Positions 13,230 through 25,506 of a DNA stretch of 64,000 nucleotides are shown here, piece after piece (within the stretch, counting starts at the first letter, position 1; each line of letters begins with the position of its first letter). Origin of the DNA: Vicugna vicugna (taxonomy: Eukaryota); contig MU058844.1 in the NCBI GenBank assembly GCA_013265495.1, forward strand, positions 812,941-876,940, written 5' to 3'. The translations under genes and the position numbers were made by a program. The notes under the pieces were generated by a model, which was not told the DNA's origin, did not search any database, and saw only the letters and a program-made list of their open reading frames with translations.

Positions 13230-14400
13230 AGCAATGTGAGGTGCCGTCGCAGGTACCCGCCCCAAGACCCTCTTTCCGTCGCGGTCAGGGTCCCCCAGGC
13301 CCCCCTTTTGGGTACGCGGTCTGCGCGCGGTCGCGTCCTCTGACGGAGCGCAGGCGTGCGCTCGGCGGCCGCGGCGTTCCCCAGCCCGCCGGAAGGAGCG
13401 GCTGCGCCAGCGTCCTGCCGCCTGTCCGTCACGCAACCGCCCACGGCGCCGCCGCTTCCGATTGGCTGCAGGCGCGGGCCAGCCCCTTCCAGCCCCGCCC
13501 ACCGCGGATGGACAGGCCTAGGGGGCGGGGCGACGGCGGCGGGCGGGTCAGCCCTGCTGTCAGTCACAGTGGCGGCCCGGCGGGCGGGCGCTCGCTGGCT
13601 ATCTCGTCGATCGCTCGCGCGCGCTCCCTCCCGCCGCCTGTGGGGAAGTCTGAGCCGCCTGAGCGACCTCCTCCCCGGGCCCCTTCTGGCTCAGTCCCTC
13701 CCGCCCGCGCACCCGCAAGTAGTGGGTGGCCCCGCGGAGGGTCCGGAGAGTCACCGCGGCGGCACCGGGTGGTGTTTAAACCATGTTAAGGAGGATTTTA
13801 CAGAGGGTAAGAGAGTGAAATCGTCTTTCCAGGAGCACGTGAGCGGGAGAGCCCGAGCTCAGGGGCCGAAGAAGCCGCCGCGCCGCCGCGCTGAGGAGCC
13901 GAGGTGGTGGCGCGGACGCCCCCTCCTCAGCGCATTTCCTTTCTCTAGGCCCCGCAGCCCAGGCGGCGATTAGGCCTCGGTCGTCACGGCGGTGGCGGCG
14001 GTGGGGGGGGCAGGCCGGGGCTGGGGCCGGCGCCCGGTTCCCCGCCGCCCTGCGCGTCCAGGCCCGGGACCCGCTCCCTTGCGGGCTGTCAGTGAGAGCG
14101 GGCGGCGGGGCGGGAGGGTGTGGTGCCAGCGCGTTCCTTCTAGAGCCTGGAACGGCGGTGAAAATGGAGTTAGTGCTCTGGGGACTGGCCGACCAGCCGC
14201 CCTCCGGTCTGGAGAACGCCCCGTGGGAGATCGCGGGAGGCTAGCTGGGCTCTTCCCCCAGCCTCCCCGCCCAGCTTGCCCCCCAACTTTACACGACACA
14301 CACCTGCCACACATGGCTTGGTTTTCTCGTCTAGGCAACCCTGCAGGGTAATGTGGTGAAACCCGGCCTAGCGTCGGTCCAATCGTGGTACGGACACTTA
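13230..14400 (+). promoter_or_regulatory. EEA1: CpG island / TATA-less EEA1 promoter and start of intron 1
   Basis: Very GC- and CpG-rich against an AT-rich background. Contains an inverted CCAAT (attgg 13461-13465), GC boxes (ccccgccc 13493-13500, gggggcgggg 13521-13530) and ETS-like ccggaag/cttccg motifs, and overlaps the first coding exon. Confidence 0.92.
13783..13806 (+). CDS. EEA1: EEA1 coding exon 1 (MLRRILQR)
   Basis: aaaccATG with A at -3; donor AGG|gtaaga; phase 0. Confidence 0.96.
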
Positions 14401-15555
14401 CTGGCAAAGTTAGCTGCAAAGGAAGGTATTACTCACTGTTGGAAACTTTTTGACCCCGATTGAAAGTGCGTTTCCCCCTCCCAGCCCAGTATGTTTTTTG
14501 AGCCATCCAAGAATAAATCTGCTGTAAGCTTTGTCTAGCGGCATACACTTACTCCTTTACTTTCTGCCAGCGCTATCTCTGTTTGAAAACTGGAAAAACC
14601 TTAAGATGTAAAGATTAGAGCATTGGAAAGCTGTAGGTGTACTGTTTAGGAATCAGTTCCTAGAATAACAAAATGCTTGTAAGAGTTACTGTACGCAAGT
14701 TTTTGTTTTGGATCGCCCCCCCCCTTATTTATTTTTGAGACTGATAGGGTGCAACAAAATAGAAATGATTGAAAAGTTGGCGCCCAACCTAATAATTGGT
14801 TACTGAGGGAGTAGGATAAGTAGGCAAAGGACAGAAGGAATTAGTGATTTTGTAGTATTCAGTCAAGGAATGTACCAGAGAGTTGAGTCATCCACTATAT
14901 AGAAAGGGAGTGTCCTTGCGCCTGCATAGCTTCGTGAAATGTTCGTCATGTGAAACTTGGTCATCTATCAAGGGGAGAAATAGTTAACTTCTGGATCTGC
15001 TACCCTGTATTGACATTTGATGATTTATTTTTTTACAGTGTTTTGTCAGAGGTTTTTGAAACCTCGATAAGTGGTGATTTTGGCAGCAGTAAGGTCATGC
15101 ATACCCTTTACTGTTGTGGCCATCAGTTCCTGTGTTCAACAGTAGACATCTGTGCATGATTTACTTGCAGTACTTAAGAGATTTTTCTTTTATCAGACCT
15201 AAAGGAGCTGATTAATTACCTCATGCCTCAGATTGTGTTTCCTTCACACAGTTCACAGCTGAAAATTAGTTTGCTTGTGGTTTGCTTTAAAGTGTATACA
15301 TAAAACAAAGTGTTTACTGACTTAGGAGTAGCTTCCAGTAGTTATAGATTAGCCTTCAGAAAGATGCTTTCCAGTGCTCTTGGTTTAATGTTGTTAAGCA
15401 TTACGATGATTAAAGATAACTTTTAGTGTTGGGGCATACACAGTAACAGCTACAGAAGTTTCAGTTGAAACTACAAAATTGGAATTTATGCTGGTCATTG
15501 CTGAGATGTGAAAAGGAATCATCATATATGAATAAGTGAGTTGACAACTGAGTTT

Positions 15556-15698
15556 TTTTTTAGTTTTTTTATTTACTTTTTGGGGGGGTGGTAATTAGGT
15601 TTATTTATTTATTTAATGAATGTATTGGGGATTGAACCCACGACCTTGTGCGTGTTAAGCACGCGCTTTACCACTGAGCTACACGTGCCTCACCCCCA
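15556..15698 (-). mobile_element. tRNA-Ala-derived SINE (camelid Vic-1-like)
   Basis: Antisense A/B boxes (ccactgagctac, ggggattgaaccc), gtaattaggtttattt tail; TSD ttgacaactg(a/g)gttt at 15541 and 15700. Confidence 0.85.
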
Positions 15699-15709
15699 CT
15701 TGACAACTG

Positions 15710-15932
15710 GGTTTCTTAAGGCGCTATTGACATTTGTGACTGGATAGTTTTTGTTGTAGGGGGCTGTCCTGTGCATTGTAAGTTGTTTAGCAGCATCCCT
15801 GTCTTCTGTTCACTAGATGCCAGTAGCACCCCCAAAATCTCCACCCTCCTATTGTGACAACCAAAAAAAAAAAAAAAAAAAAAAAAAAAGAGTCTTTCTC
15901 TTTAGCAGAATTGCCCTGGTTGAGAACCAATG
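15710..15932. mobile_element. MER20 (hAT-Charlie) with internal poly(A) run
   Basis: gggggctgtcctgtgcattgtaag..gtttagcagcatccct and terminal ctggttgagaacca. Confidence 0.8.
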
Positions 15933-17890
15933 TGTTAAATTTATACACGCCTTTATGGGAAAGTTTCAGCTGTTTCTCATAGTTAATTACTTAACTTTCT
16001 TTTTTTAGTGTCCTTATATTAAGGATCAGTAAATGCAAGGCACCTGCTAGGAGTTGAGGTTAAATACTATCTGGGCCCTCCCTTTAGTATTCACAGCTGG
16101 TTGGTGAAGTGAACATTTGAAAGTAATAGACAGTGCTTTGTAATACAGGAATGAACAGTGTCTGGGAGGGTTTTGGGGCAATCAGGAAAACTTCAGGGAG
16201 GAGGTTATAGTTGCAACTCAAAAGAAGGAAGGGCCTGTCAGTCAGAGGAAACTGCAAATGCCAGGGCAATAAGTTAGAAAAGGGGGAGGTAATGTTAAGA
16301 GGAATGTGAACAATTAAGTACAGAAAGTGAAATGATGTGCAGAAATTAATGGGAAATGAGGCTGCAGAGGTAGCTCAGACCAGTTCCTGAGACAACCTAG
16401 AGTCCCTTGGCAGGCATTCAGCTTTTGCCTTACAGGTGGGTCAGTGTTAACTCTCAGCATTTGAATAAAGCCTTGAAGAAGTCTTGTAATTGGAATTAAC
16501 TAGGGTTAACTCCACAGGTGGTATTTACTAACAAAGATAACTTGAATCTTTGAATTATGTAACATGGCAACCATTTTATTTCACCCCACCCTGATAATCT
16601 TACTTCTCAGCAGAGATAATAAGATACAAGATTAAAACTAAGACTGCTGATTTACAGGTTTATCTGAAATGGTCTCCATGCTTTGAAATTAAGTCGCATA
16701 CCTTTAATATTCTGTTTTTATGTGGCCTTTTCATTTTAACTGCTATAATTTTCTTCTCAATAGTGTCCTTTAAATAGCATTTTTCAAAGAAGAAACAGAT
16801 GATGTGCTTAGGATCAATTATAACAGTCTTTGAACATCACCAATAAGGTCCCAGGATACTGTATAGAAAATTTAGTTTCTGGTTTTTCTTTTTTTCCCAT
16901 TAGCTACTAAAAGATGTTTCTTTGAGGCTTGAGTGAAAAAAAACTGAGGTATGTATTGACTATTTTGCTTGATAGGCCTTGAAGAGAAATGTGACTTTAA
17001 AGTGCTTCATGGTTGGAAAGACTATCAGCATTTAGTACTTTAGGCAGTTTATAAACTTTATTGCTGTTTCTTTCTTAAGGATCTTACTGTGATTTAACAT
17101 TAGTGTATTAGATTGCCTTTTACTAGTGTATGTCAATAATATTGTTAAAGAAAAAGATGGATTTAATTTTAGAATTGTGAAAATAGAACATTTCTTTTTT
17201 GGTTAACAGGTCTCTCTCTCTGATTTTAAAAATGAGGAAGTAGGAACTGAGAGATTAAGTGATTTATCTAAGACAAAACAGTATATTGTAGTAGTAATAG
17301 TCAAAACTGAGACTACTACTGTCAAACCATTTCCCTGTTTCTGGCACCTTGTTACCCTTTCTTTCACTACTCAACTGATTTGGTTAGCACTGTGCCACTC
17401 ACCCTGGAAAATATGGGACCTAACTTCTCCCTCAGGGAACTTACATAAGTTAGTGCCAAAGTAAATGATACAGACAGCGAAGGCTGTAGTAGTACAGAGG
17501 AGGAATCATCAGAATGAACTTGTGTGAGTGGGGAGTCTCCTTGATAAAAATGGGCATGAGATTTGAAGAATGTGATTAGAAGAGGAAGAGAATTACTTTG
17601 ATTCTAGGAAGGAGTTACAGTATAAACAAAAACTCATATGGGAATGAGTTCATTCTTCCTGCTCTCCTTCCTTCCTTTGCATATTGCTTTTCAATAAACA
17701 GATGTTTATAACACTGGATATGTGCTCCATGGATACTGGAGATACCACAGTGAATAAAATACAATATCTGTTAAGTAGCTTAAAACCAAGTGACTTAGAG
17801 ATAGAGGTCTGTTTAGAGCAGAAAGAAATTGAGAGAAACTTACAAAGATAGTCTTGACACCTTATTGTGGAGATTCTTGATCATCTAGCT

Positions 17891-18212
17891 CAGCCCTGTC
17901 CAATGCAAATATGAGTCACATATGTAATTTAAAGCTTCTAGTAGCCACATTTAAAAAAATAAAAAGTGAAATTAATTTTTAAAATGTATTTCATTTAACC
18001 CAATATATCTAAAATATTTCAACATATAATCAATATAAAAGTGATATAGTGAGTTGTCTTAAAAATTATTAATGAGTTTTTTTTTTTATCATATTACGTC
18101 TTTGAAATCTGGTTTGTATTTTGTACTAACAGCATACCTGACTTTGGACTAACTGTATTTGAACTGTTCAATAACCTCTTGTAGGTAGTGGCTACTGTAT
18201 TGGACAGTGCAG
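17891..18212. mobile_element. MER33/MER3-like hAT DNA transposon
   Basis: Inverted termini ctgtccaat ... attggacag with internal tagccac / gtggcta. Confidence 0.75.
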
Positions 18213-19644
18213 GTCTGATTGAATACATGTATTATATAATTTTTAGCTTTTTATTTGGAACTAATTTCAAACTTACAATAAGTTACAAGAATAATACAAG
18301 AAACAGCTGTATACTCTATCTAGATTTACTTATTGTTACTATTTTATCCTATTTACTTTATTATTTGCCCACTTTCTTCTCTTCTATCCTTTTCTCTCCT
18401 ATTTTCTCTCTCTCTGTGTGTAATTTCCCCCCCCCCCGAATCAGTTAAGGATCAGTTATGGTTCTTTACCTCTGAATGCTTCAGTGAAGAATAGGGATAT
18501 TCTCTTACATAGACACAGTATAGTTGTCAACTTCATGAAGTTACGTTGATTCAGTTTACTATTCATAATTGCATTTTTTTCAATTGATCTGATGTCTTTG
18601 TAGCATTTCCCCTTCACCAGTATAGGGTCCAATTTGGGTTAATGTAGTTGTTATGTTGCTTTAGCTTCTTTTAGTCTGGAAAATTTCCACAGTATTTCTT
18701 GGTAATTTATGACATTTTTGAAGAATACAGATACTGTCCTTTTTTTTTTTTTCCTGCAGTGTTCCTCATGTTGTGTTTGTCTGACATTTTCTTGTGATTA
18801 GGTTGAGATTATGCATTCTTGATCAGAAGTTGGCCAAGAAGTTGTGTCCTTCTCTGGTTATGACACCTGGAGGTCCATGAAGTCTTTTGGTCCTTCATAG
18901 GTGATGTTAATATTGATTACCTTGTCAAAGGTCAAGGTGTAGCCCAATTTTTTGACAGTATAGTAATGATTATTTGTCTTCCTTTGCAGTTAATAGGCAG
19001 ATACTTACGAGAACATGCAAATATCTTGCCTTTGTCAAGAATTTTCCCTATATTTACCATTCATTGTTAATTCTTGCTTGATCTAATTTTTATTATAGTG
19101 ACTGCAAACTGATAATTTTCCCACTCCAGCACTCCTTATGTATTTACCAATTGGTCCTTGGCCTCCCCTACCTCCTCCGTCTCCCTCCCTCCCTCCCTTC
19201 CTACACCTACCTACCTACCTTCCTTTCCTCTTTCCTTCCTATTGGTATGGACTCATAAGTTCATTTTTAAAAAGTGGTTCATCACTCATCACTGTACTTA
19301 ATTATTTTGGTGCTCAAATTGTCCCAAATGTGAACAGTGGGAGCCCCTTCAGGTGGCTCCTGTGTTCTTTGATGTGCCCCTGTCAGTTTTTTGAATTGTT
19401 CCTTACTTTCTGGTGTAAATTTCTAGGTATTCCAAGCTTATCCATTATCTACCCTTTGCCAGCCCTGAAATTAGCTGTTTCTCTGAGGAGCCCTATTCCT
19501 TTTAATGGGGAATAGCATTAAAGACTAAGGTCTGGGGTGGCTTTCTTACTTATTTTTTTCAAGAGACAAGTCTGACATTTTGAACTTCATCCTGTAGGCA
19601 TTAGGAAATTAATAGGATTTATTTATTAAGCAGTGAAATTGGTA

Positions 19645-20171
19645 TGTAGGAGAGGAACAATTCTCCTCTACCCTTTTTGGGTCTCTGGCTGGGCCTAATA
19701 ATCAGACTCATCTAAGGCAGATTAACAGGAGAAAAAGCATACACATTTCATTAAATTTTTACATTATCATGGGAGCCTTCACATGAGAATGAAGACCTGA
19801 AGATGTGACCAGAGCAGGAAACACTTACACCTTTTAGACAAAGAAACAAGATTTGTGAAGAACTGACAAGACAAAGGGTTTTGGGTTGAGAAACTAAATG
19901 GTGAAGAATTAACTAGGAAGATAAGTGTTAGTTTAACAAGGTTTGTTTGTACAGATTTCTCAGCCCCCACATCCTCTGCCCCTGGTGATGAGAACGTCTT
20001 TCCTCCTGGTACAGTTAGAGTGACTTTCACATGGGAGTTTTATCTCCTGCCTTCAGGAAGAAATGAGGGTCAGAGTGTTCTTGCACCTGCTCTTTCTTAA
20101 ATGCCTTTAATTAAAAATAATCAGTTTGCCAAAGTGGCATATTTTGGGGTGACATATTCTGGTTTCCTTCA
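19645..20171 (-). mobile_element. Complete ERV1 solo LTR, MER34-like (527 bp)
   Basis: TG...CA termini; the minus strand starts tgaaggaaaccagaatatgtcaccccaaaatatgccactttggca; near-perfect 4-bp TSD ggta/ggca. Confidence 0.82.
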
Positions 20172-20676
20172 GGCACACAATAGGAGGTAATATTTATTGA
20201 ATGAGTATTGAAGGTTTTAGGAAGATTAATTTATTGGTGTTGCATGTGATATATTAAAGCCATAGGGTATAAGCAGAGATCAGATGAGATTGATTTTAAT
20301 ATTTTAGACACTAAGTAATTATGACTTGCATAAGGTTGATGTCAATGTGAGCAGGAAAAAAAGTGATGAATAGGGAAGACCGTTTGAAAAATATCTATTC
20401 TCATACATCTATTTTGGGCCTACTCTGTGCTGTGGATGCACTGATGGGTAAAACAGACCTGAACCCCATGGAGCTTCATATCCAGGGGAGGACAGAGGAA
20501 CTTTTAAAAGAATCACATTAAGTATATGGTCACATCCTCGGGTGAGTGTTAGGAAGGAAAAGCACAGGGAGCCCCAAAAGCTTACAGCAAGAGGGCCTTG
20601 ATCTAAACTAAGATATTAGGGAAGGTGTCCCAGATTAGTTACATAATTATTTGATGAAATTATTACTTATTTATTT

Positions 20677-20885
20677 TTGCAGATACTAACTACTACACAT
20701 ATATAAAATAGATAAACAGCAAGGTTCTATTGTATGGCACAGGGAACTATATCCAATACCTTGTAACAGCCTGTGATGAAAAAGAATATGATAGAAAAGA
20801 AAAGATATATATAACTGAATCACCATGCTGTACACCAGAAATTAACACAGCATTGTAATCCGACTATACTTCAATTAAAAAAAAA
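20677..20885 (+). mobile_element. L1 3'UTR end with A-tail
   Basis: Homologous to 7210-7409; ends gactatacttcaattaaaaaaaa. Confidence 0.85.
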
Positions 20886-21029
20886 TGAAACTATAAAAAG
20901 TGGAATTTTTTTTCCTCACTTTGTAGAATTTATCTTTAGTGTGTTAAGAGTAAAGAGATTAACATATAAAAGAACTAGGACTAGAACTGTTTTCATATAC
21001 TGATGGTCTTTCGCTTGAGCTAGAGGAAT

Positions 21030-21265
21030 AGTATAATTAGTGGTTAAGAACCTGAACTCTGGAGCCAGACTGCTTGGGGTGGCATCTGTACCCACTTACT
21101 AGCAGGGTAGTTTTGCTTTGGGCAAGTTACTTCTCAGTTTCTCTTAAAATGGTAATAATAATAGTATCCTTCTCATAGAATTATGAGGATTAAATGAATT
21201 AAGACATGTGAAGATCTTAAAATAGTAACTGGCACATAGTAAGTTTTCTATAAATGTTAGCTGTT
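21030..21265. mobile_element. MIR SINE
   Basis: ctctggagccagactgc, ttgggcaagttactt, tgaggattaaatga core. Confidence 0.85.
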
Positions 21266-24200
21266 GCTAATGTTGATTTTTTGTTATTACATATTCCAGA
21301 TTTCTTCAGGGAACAGCTTTCTTATCACTCCCTTGTTATTATCATTTTTTTTTTAAAAATTCATGTTTGTATATGTGAAGTTAGTCATTCATTATACTGT
21401 TGAACATTTATTCTGTGCTAATTACTATGCTGGGCTGGGAGATTAAAAAAACTTTTAGTTTTAATGGGGAAGACATAAATAATTACAAAGCAACGTGATA
21501 AATGTTAATAGATACACAGAGGAAGAGTGTGAACACAAAGAAAAAGCATCTAATTCTGTGGTGAAAGTTGGGGAGACAGGGAATGGAGATTGTTGAAGGT
21601 TTGCAGAAGCCAGAGGGACTCAGGCAAGGTGGAGCAAGGGAGAGAAGGCATTTTTAGAGATAAGGACCAGGCAGATGCCAAAGCACAAAGCAGCCTGGCA
21701 CAGCATATGGGAATTTGTGGGTATTTCTGTATGTGGATGGGGATGGTTGTGAGATGAGATTGGACAGAATTTTGGACTTTATACAATAGATAATATGGAG
21801 CCATGGAAAGTTTCCAAATGATCTAATTTGTAATAAGGAAAACCCTTTAAAATATTTTTCCTAGGTAATCCTTATAAAAAGCAAATCAGGTGGATCAGTT
21901 TTCTGTCTAAAATCTATTGGTGACTACTCCGTGTCCACAGAAGATGTCCAGACTCCTTACCGATGACCCATGCAAGGCCTATACTGCTCTGGTTCCTTTA
22001 CACTTCCAGGCTCATCTCCAACTACCTCTCTACATGCACTGACCTTGCCATCTTCACTAATTGTGTGTCCCACAACTTTCCTGTTCTCTCATCCCCTCAT
22101 CTCTATAGAACTCTTTATTCTGCTCAGAGTACCCTACCATCACTTGTCCACATTGCTCAGTTTAGGTGATACTAATAGGAGTTATTTGCTTGCTTTTTTT
22201 CCCTTCTCCCAAAGCACCCCAGACTAATTAAGAGAATGGGCTTTTGAAATTAGACCATCATTTAAGCCCTGGGCTCTTCCACTCATGAAGGTGAGATCTT
22301 GTGCAAAATTTCAGGCTCTCTGAGATGCAGTTGCTTTATCTGTAAATTGAGTGTAATATGTACCTTACAGTATTGGGGAAGGATTGAATGAAATAATGTT
22401 CACAGAGCACTCACCACAGTTCCAGCATTCAATAAACACTTAGTATGCAGTAGCTGTTATGTTACAGAGTTCTGCAAAATTTATTACATTGTTTTTGTGA
22501 TTTGTTTACCTGACTTCTCCCTTACTAGATTGAGCTCCTTTAGGGTGGGAATTTTTGTTTTCTTTCTTGGTTTCTTTGTTTTCTTTCTTTCTCCATTGGT
22601 GTATTGTATTTTCAGTACTATATGTTGACTACTTGGTGGCTGTGTAAAGAGGATGGCTCCATAAAGGGAGAGACCAACAACAGAAAGCAATAGTTATGTA
22701 TTAGAATCCTTTGGAATCCCCCTAAAAAATGTTCTCAGGTACCTTCATTGAATCAGAATTTCTGAATCTCTGGTTGTCAGTCCAAGGGATGATGAAGACT
22801 TGAATTCAGGCAGTGGCTTTGGGGATAGGGAAAGAACAGATTGATTTTCAAGAAATTAAGAGAGAAAATTAATAGGACTTGTTGACTTGTGAGTAGTTTT
22901 GGTGGAATGGACCAAGGTAAAGAATAGAGGAGGAGGAAGAACAGGTTTGGGGAGGAAAATGAGTGTGAACTAGAGGTGTGCACATCCCTACAGAATGTTC
23001 ACCAGGCAGGTGGAAATATAGGTCCAGCACTCAGGAGACAGGTGGAATCAAGTATTAGATATGTGTGAATGTTGAAAGGTCAAGTCAAATAAGGACTAAG
23101 AAGTCCACTGAATGGAACAGTTTGGGCATATCTAGTTTGGTTTCAGGAGAGTCATAGGGAAAAATGGTTGGCTGGGAAGTAAGGAAATAGAAGCAGGGAG
23201 CACAGACTATTATTATTCCAAGATATATGGAGTAGAGGAAGCTAAAATATTTAATATATAAAAGTAATCTGTCATCCTTGGACAGTATCTAACAAATAAC
23301 TTTCTATTTTTAAGGATTATAAACTTAATTTAATCAGTTTAAGTTGAAAGGATTTATTGTAAGGTTTCAAAGTGATCTAAGAACAAGAACTGCTGTACAG
23401 TTGAGTCTCTGGACAGTAGGACCTAGCATGGTGTCAGGGACAGAGGCGGCACTCTTTGTCTCATACAGTCTCATAGACCACTGACCTTTTGTCTTTGCAT
23501 CTCTGTGTCCATCCTCCTCACTGCTGCTTACTCAGTGTGCCCAAGACCCCAAATGGCCATCTGACCACATGATTCTACTTGCTTTTCACCTTAGCTTTGC
23601 ATAGTCTGCTGGCCCAGTGTCTCAATTCCCAAATCCCAAGAGAAGAATCTGAAATGCCCTCCTCATCTTTTCTTTTTAGATCATGTGTAGGTCTCTGGCC
23701 AATAAAAAGTTGTTTTCTCTGGGTCAGATGTCCACTGCTGGTTTGATCAACTGAGATTGGGAGTGGAGTGGGGTCATTTGATACTTAGGATTCCTTCTTT
23801 TAGAAATTGTGATACATGAAAGACATCTTTTACAGATCATTCTTCTAGAAATAAGCTTTATGGTGGCTCTGAAATAGTGATAATAGCTCTGATTAGGTTT
23901 GTTTGATTCTAGCTAATTTTCTTACGCTCTAGTGTTTTCTTCATACCTTCTGCATGCTCAGAGTCTATAGTCTTTTGAAAGTTTTACTGGGTTATAATTT
24001 TGATTTGCTCAAGTCCCTCCTGTACTCTTACTTTACCTCATGTCTGCACTGTGTTTCTATTTAGTACCAGTTTGTGTGGCTAGTTAGTCACTTCTTTTCA
24101 TAGTTTGCAATTCAGAGGCCTAAGCATGGAGCTCAGCAGTAGTTCATTCTTCACATTGGGGTTTGTTTTGCTACTGAACCATTTTATTGGTTGCTAGCTA

Positions 24201-25217
24201 GCTTGTAAATGGCTACTGTTGGGTCCAGGTGATCACATATGGTCAGTTGTTGATAGACGTAGGGTCATACAACCTGGCTGTCTTGGATGAGGGTCTCAAC
24301 ATGGGCTATGGTAGGGTATCTTACTTTAGGATGGATCCATGGCCATTGCATGCACTATGATTGATTGACATATTTCATACAATAACATGAGTAACTTAGT
24401 TACATAGATATCTGTTTAAGTGTTCCATGGGCCGTAGCGGTAGCTGAAATTGAATAAAAACCACATTTTCTTCATCTCAATTTTTAGTATCATGCTATGG
24501 CTAAGTTTTACATAAGTATAAAAGTTTTTCCAAAGTCTTAGTGATACTTTATTTGGACTTTATTAGCTAATTAAATAATACTTGGAAAATGTTTTAAGAG
24601 TTCCTGTCTTTATATAGTTCTATGCCAAAATAGACTGTAGTGAGGAATGGATTAAGAGGTAAATCATATAAGTTAGATCTCTGATAAGGAAGTATGGATT
24701 TATTTTGTTTGGCAGGACATTTTTCTGATATAACTTTATTGTATTTGTTTTCAACTTCTAAATATTTTAAGCAATGATAAAAATATTTAAAAATAATAGA
24801 AGAATATATTTCTGGTTATGAAAATAAATCATGTACATCATGGAAATCTGAAAAGTTCAGAAAAGGAAAATTGAGAAGAAACATAGGGCTTGTAGCATAG
24901 TGGGTAGTTTAACACTTTGGAATCAAGTAGAATCCCAGCTCTGTGCATTATTATATCTGTAATCTTAGCTAACAGTTTATGTTAATCTTAGCTTAACAAC
25001 TTTAACCTTAGTTTTCCCCCTTGGCTAAATGGAAACAATCCCTTTGACTTTATTCAAAGAATTGTTTAATTCTTTGATTAAATAATACAATGTATATAAA
25101 GATCTTGATGTTGTACCTGTCATAGTTTGTATGTTAGCTATTATTATTGTTAACAGAAAGACTTATTTCATTTAGCAGACTACACATTGACATTTCTTTA
25201 GTATAAAACTCAAGTTT

Positions 25218-25506
25218 TTTTTTTTTTAAATTTTTTTTTTTATTGAAGTGTAGTTGATTTACAATGTTAGTTTCAGGTGTATAGCAAAGTGATTCAGTTA
25301 TACATATACATACATATATTTTTTTTCTAGATTCTTTTCCATTACAGCTCATTATAAGAAATTGAATATAGTTCTCTGTGCTATACAGTAGGTTCTTCTT
25401 GTTTATTTTATGTATTGTAATGTATATTTATTAATCCCAAACTCCTAGTCTATCCCCGCTCCTTCCCCTACTGGTAACCACAGTTTGTTTTCTAGGTCCA
25501 TGAGTC
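25218..25506 (-). mobile_element. L1 3' end with 14-bp TSD
   Basis: T-tail then tattgaagtgtagttgatttacaatgt; TSD taaaactcaagttt at 25204-25217 and 25507-25520. Confidence 0.9.

Noticed and set aside
13121..14419. Several overlapping 90-220 aa ORFs on both strands
   Set aside because: Pro/Arg/Gly/Ala-rich products expected from stop-poor CpG-island DNA; only the 24-nt EEA1 exon is supported.
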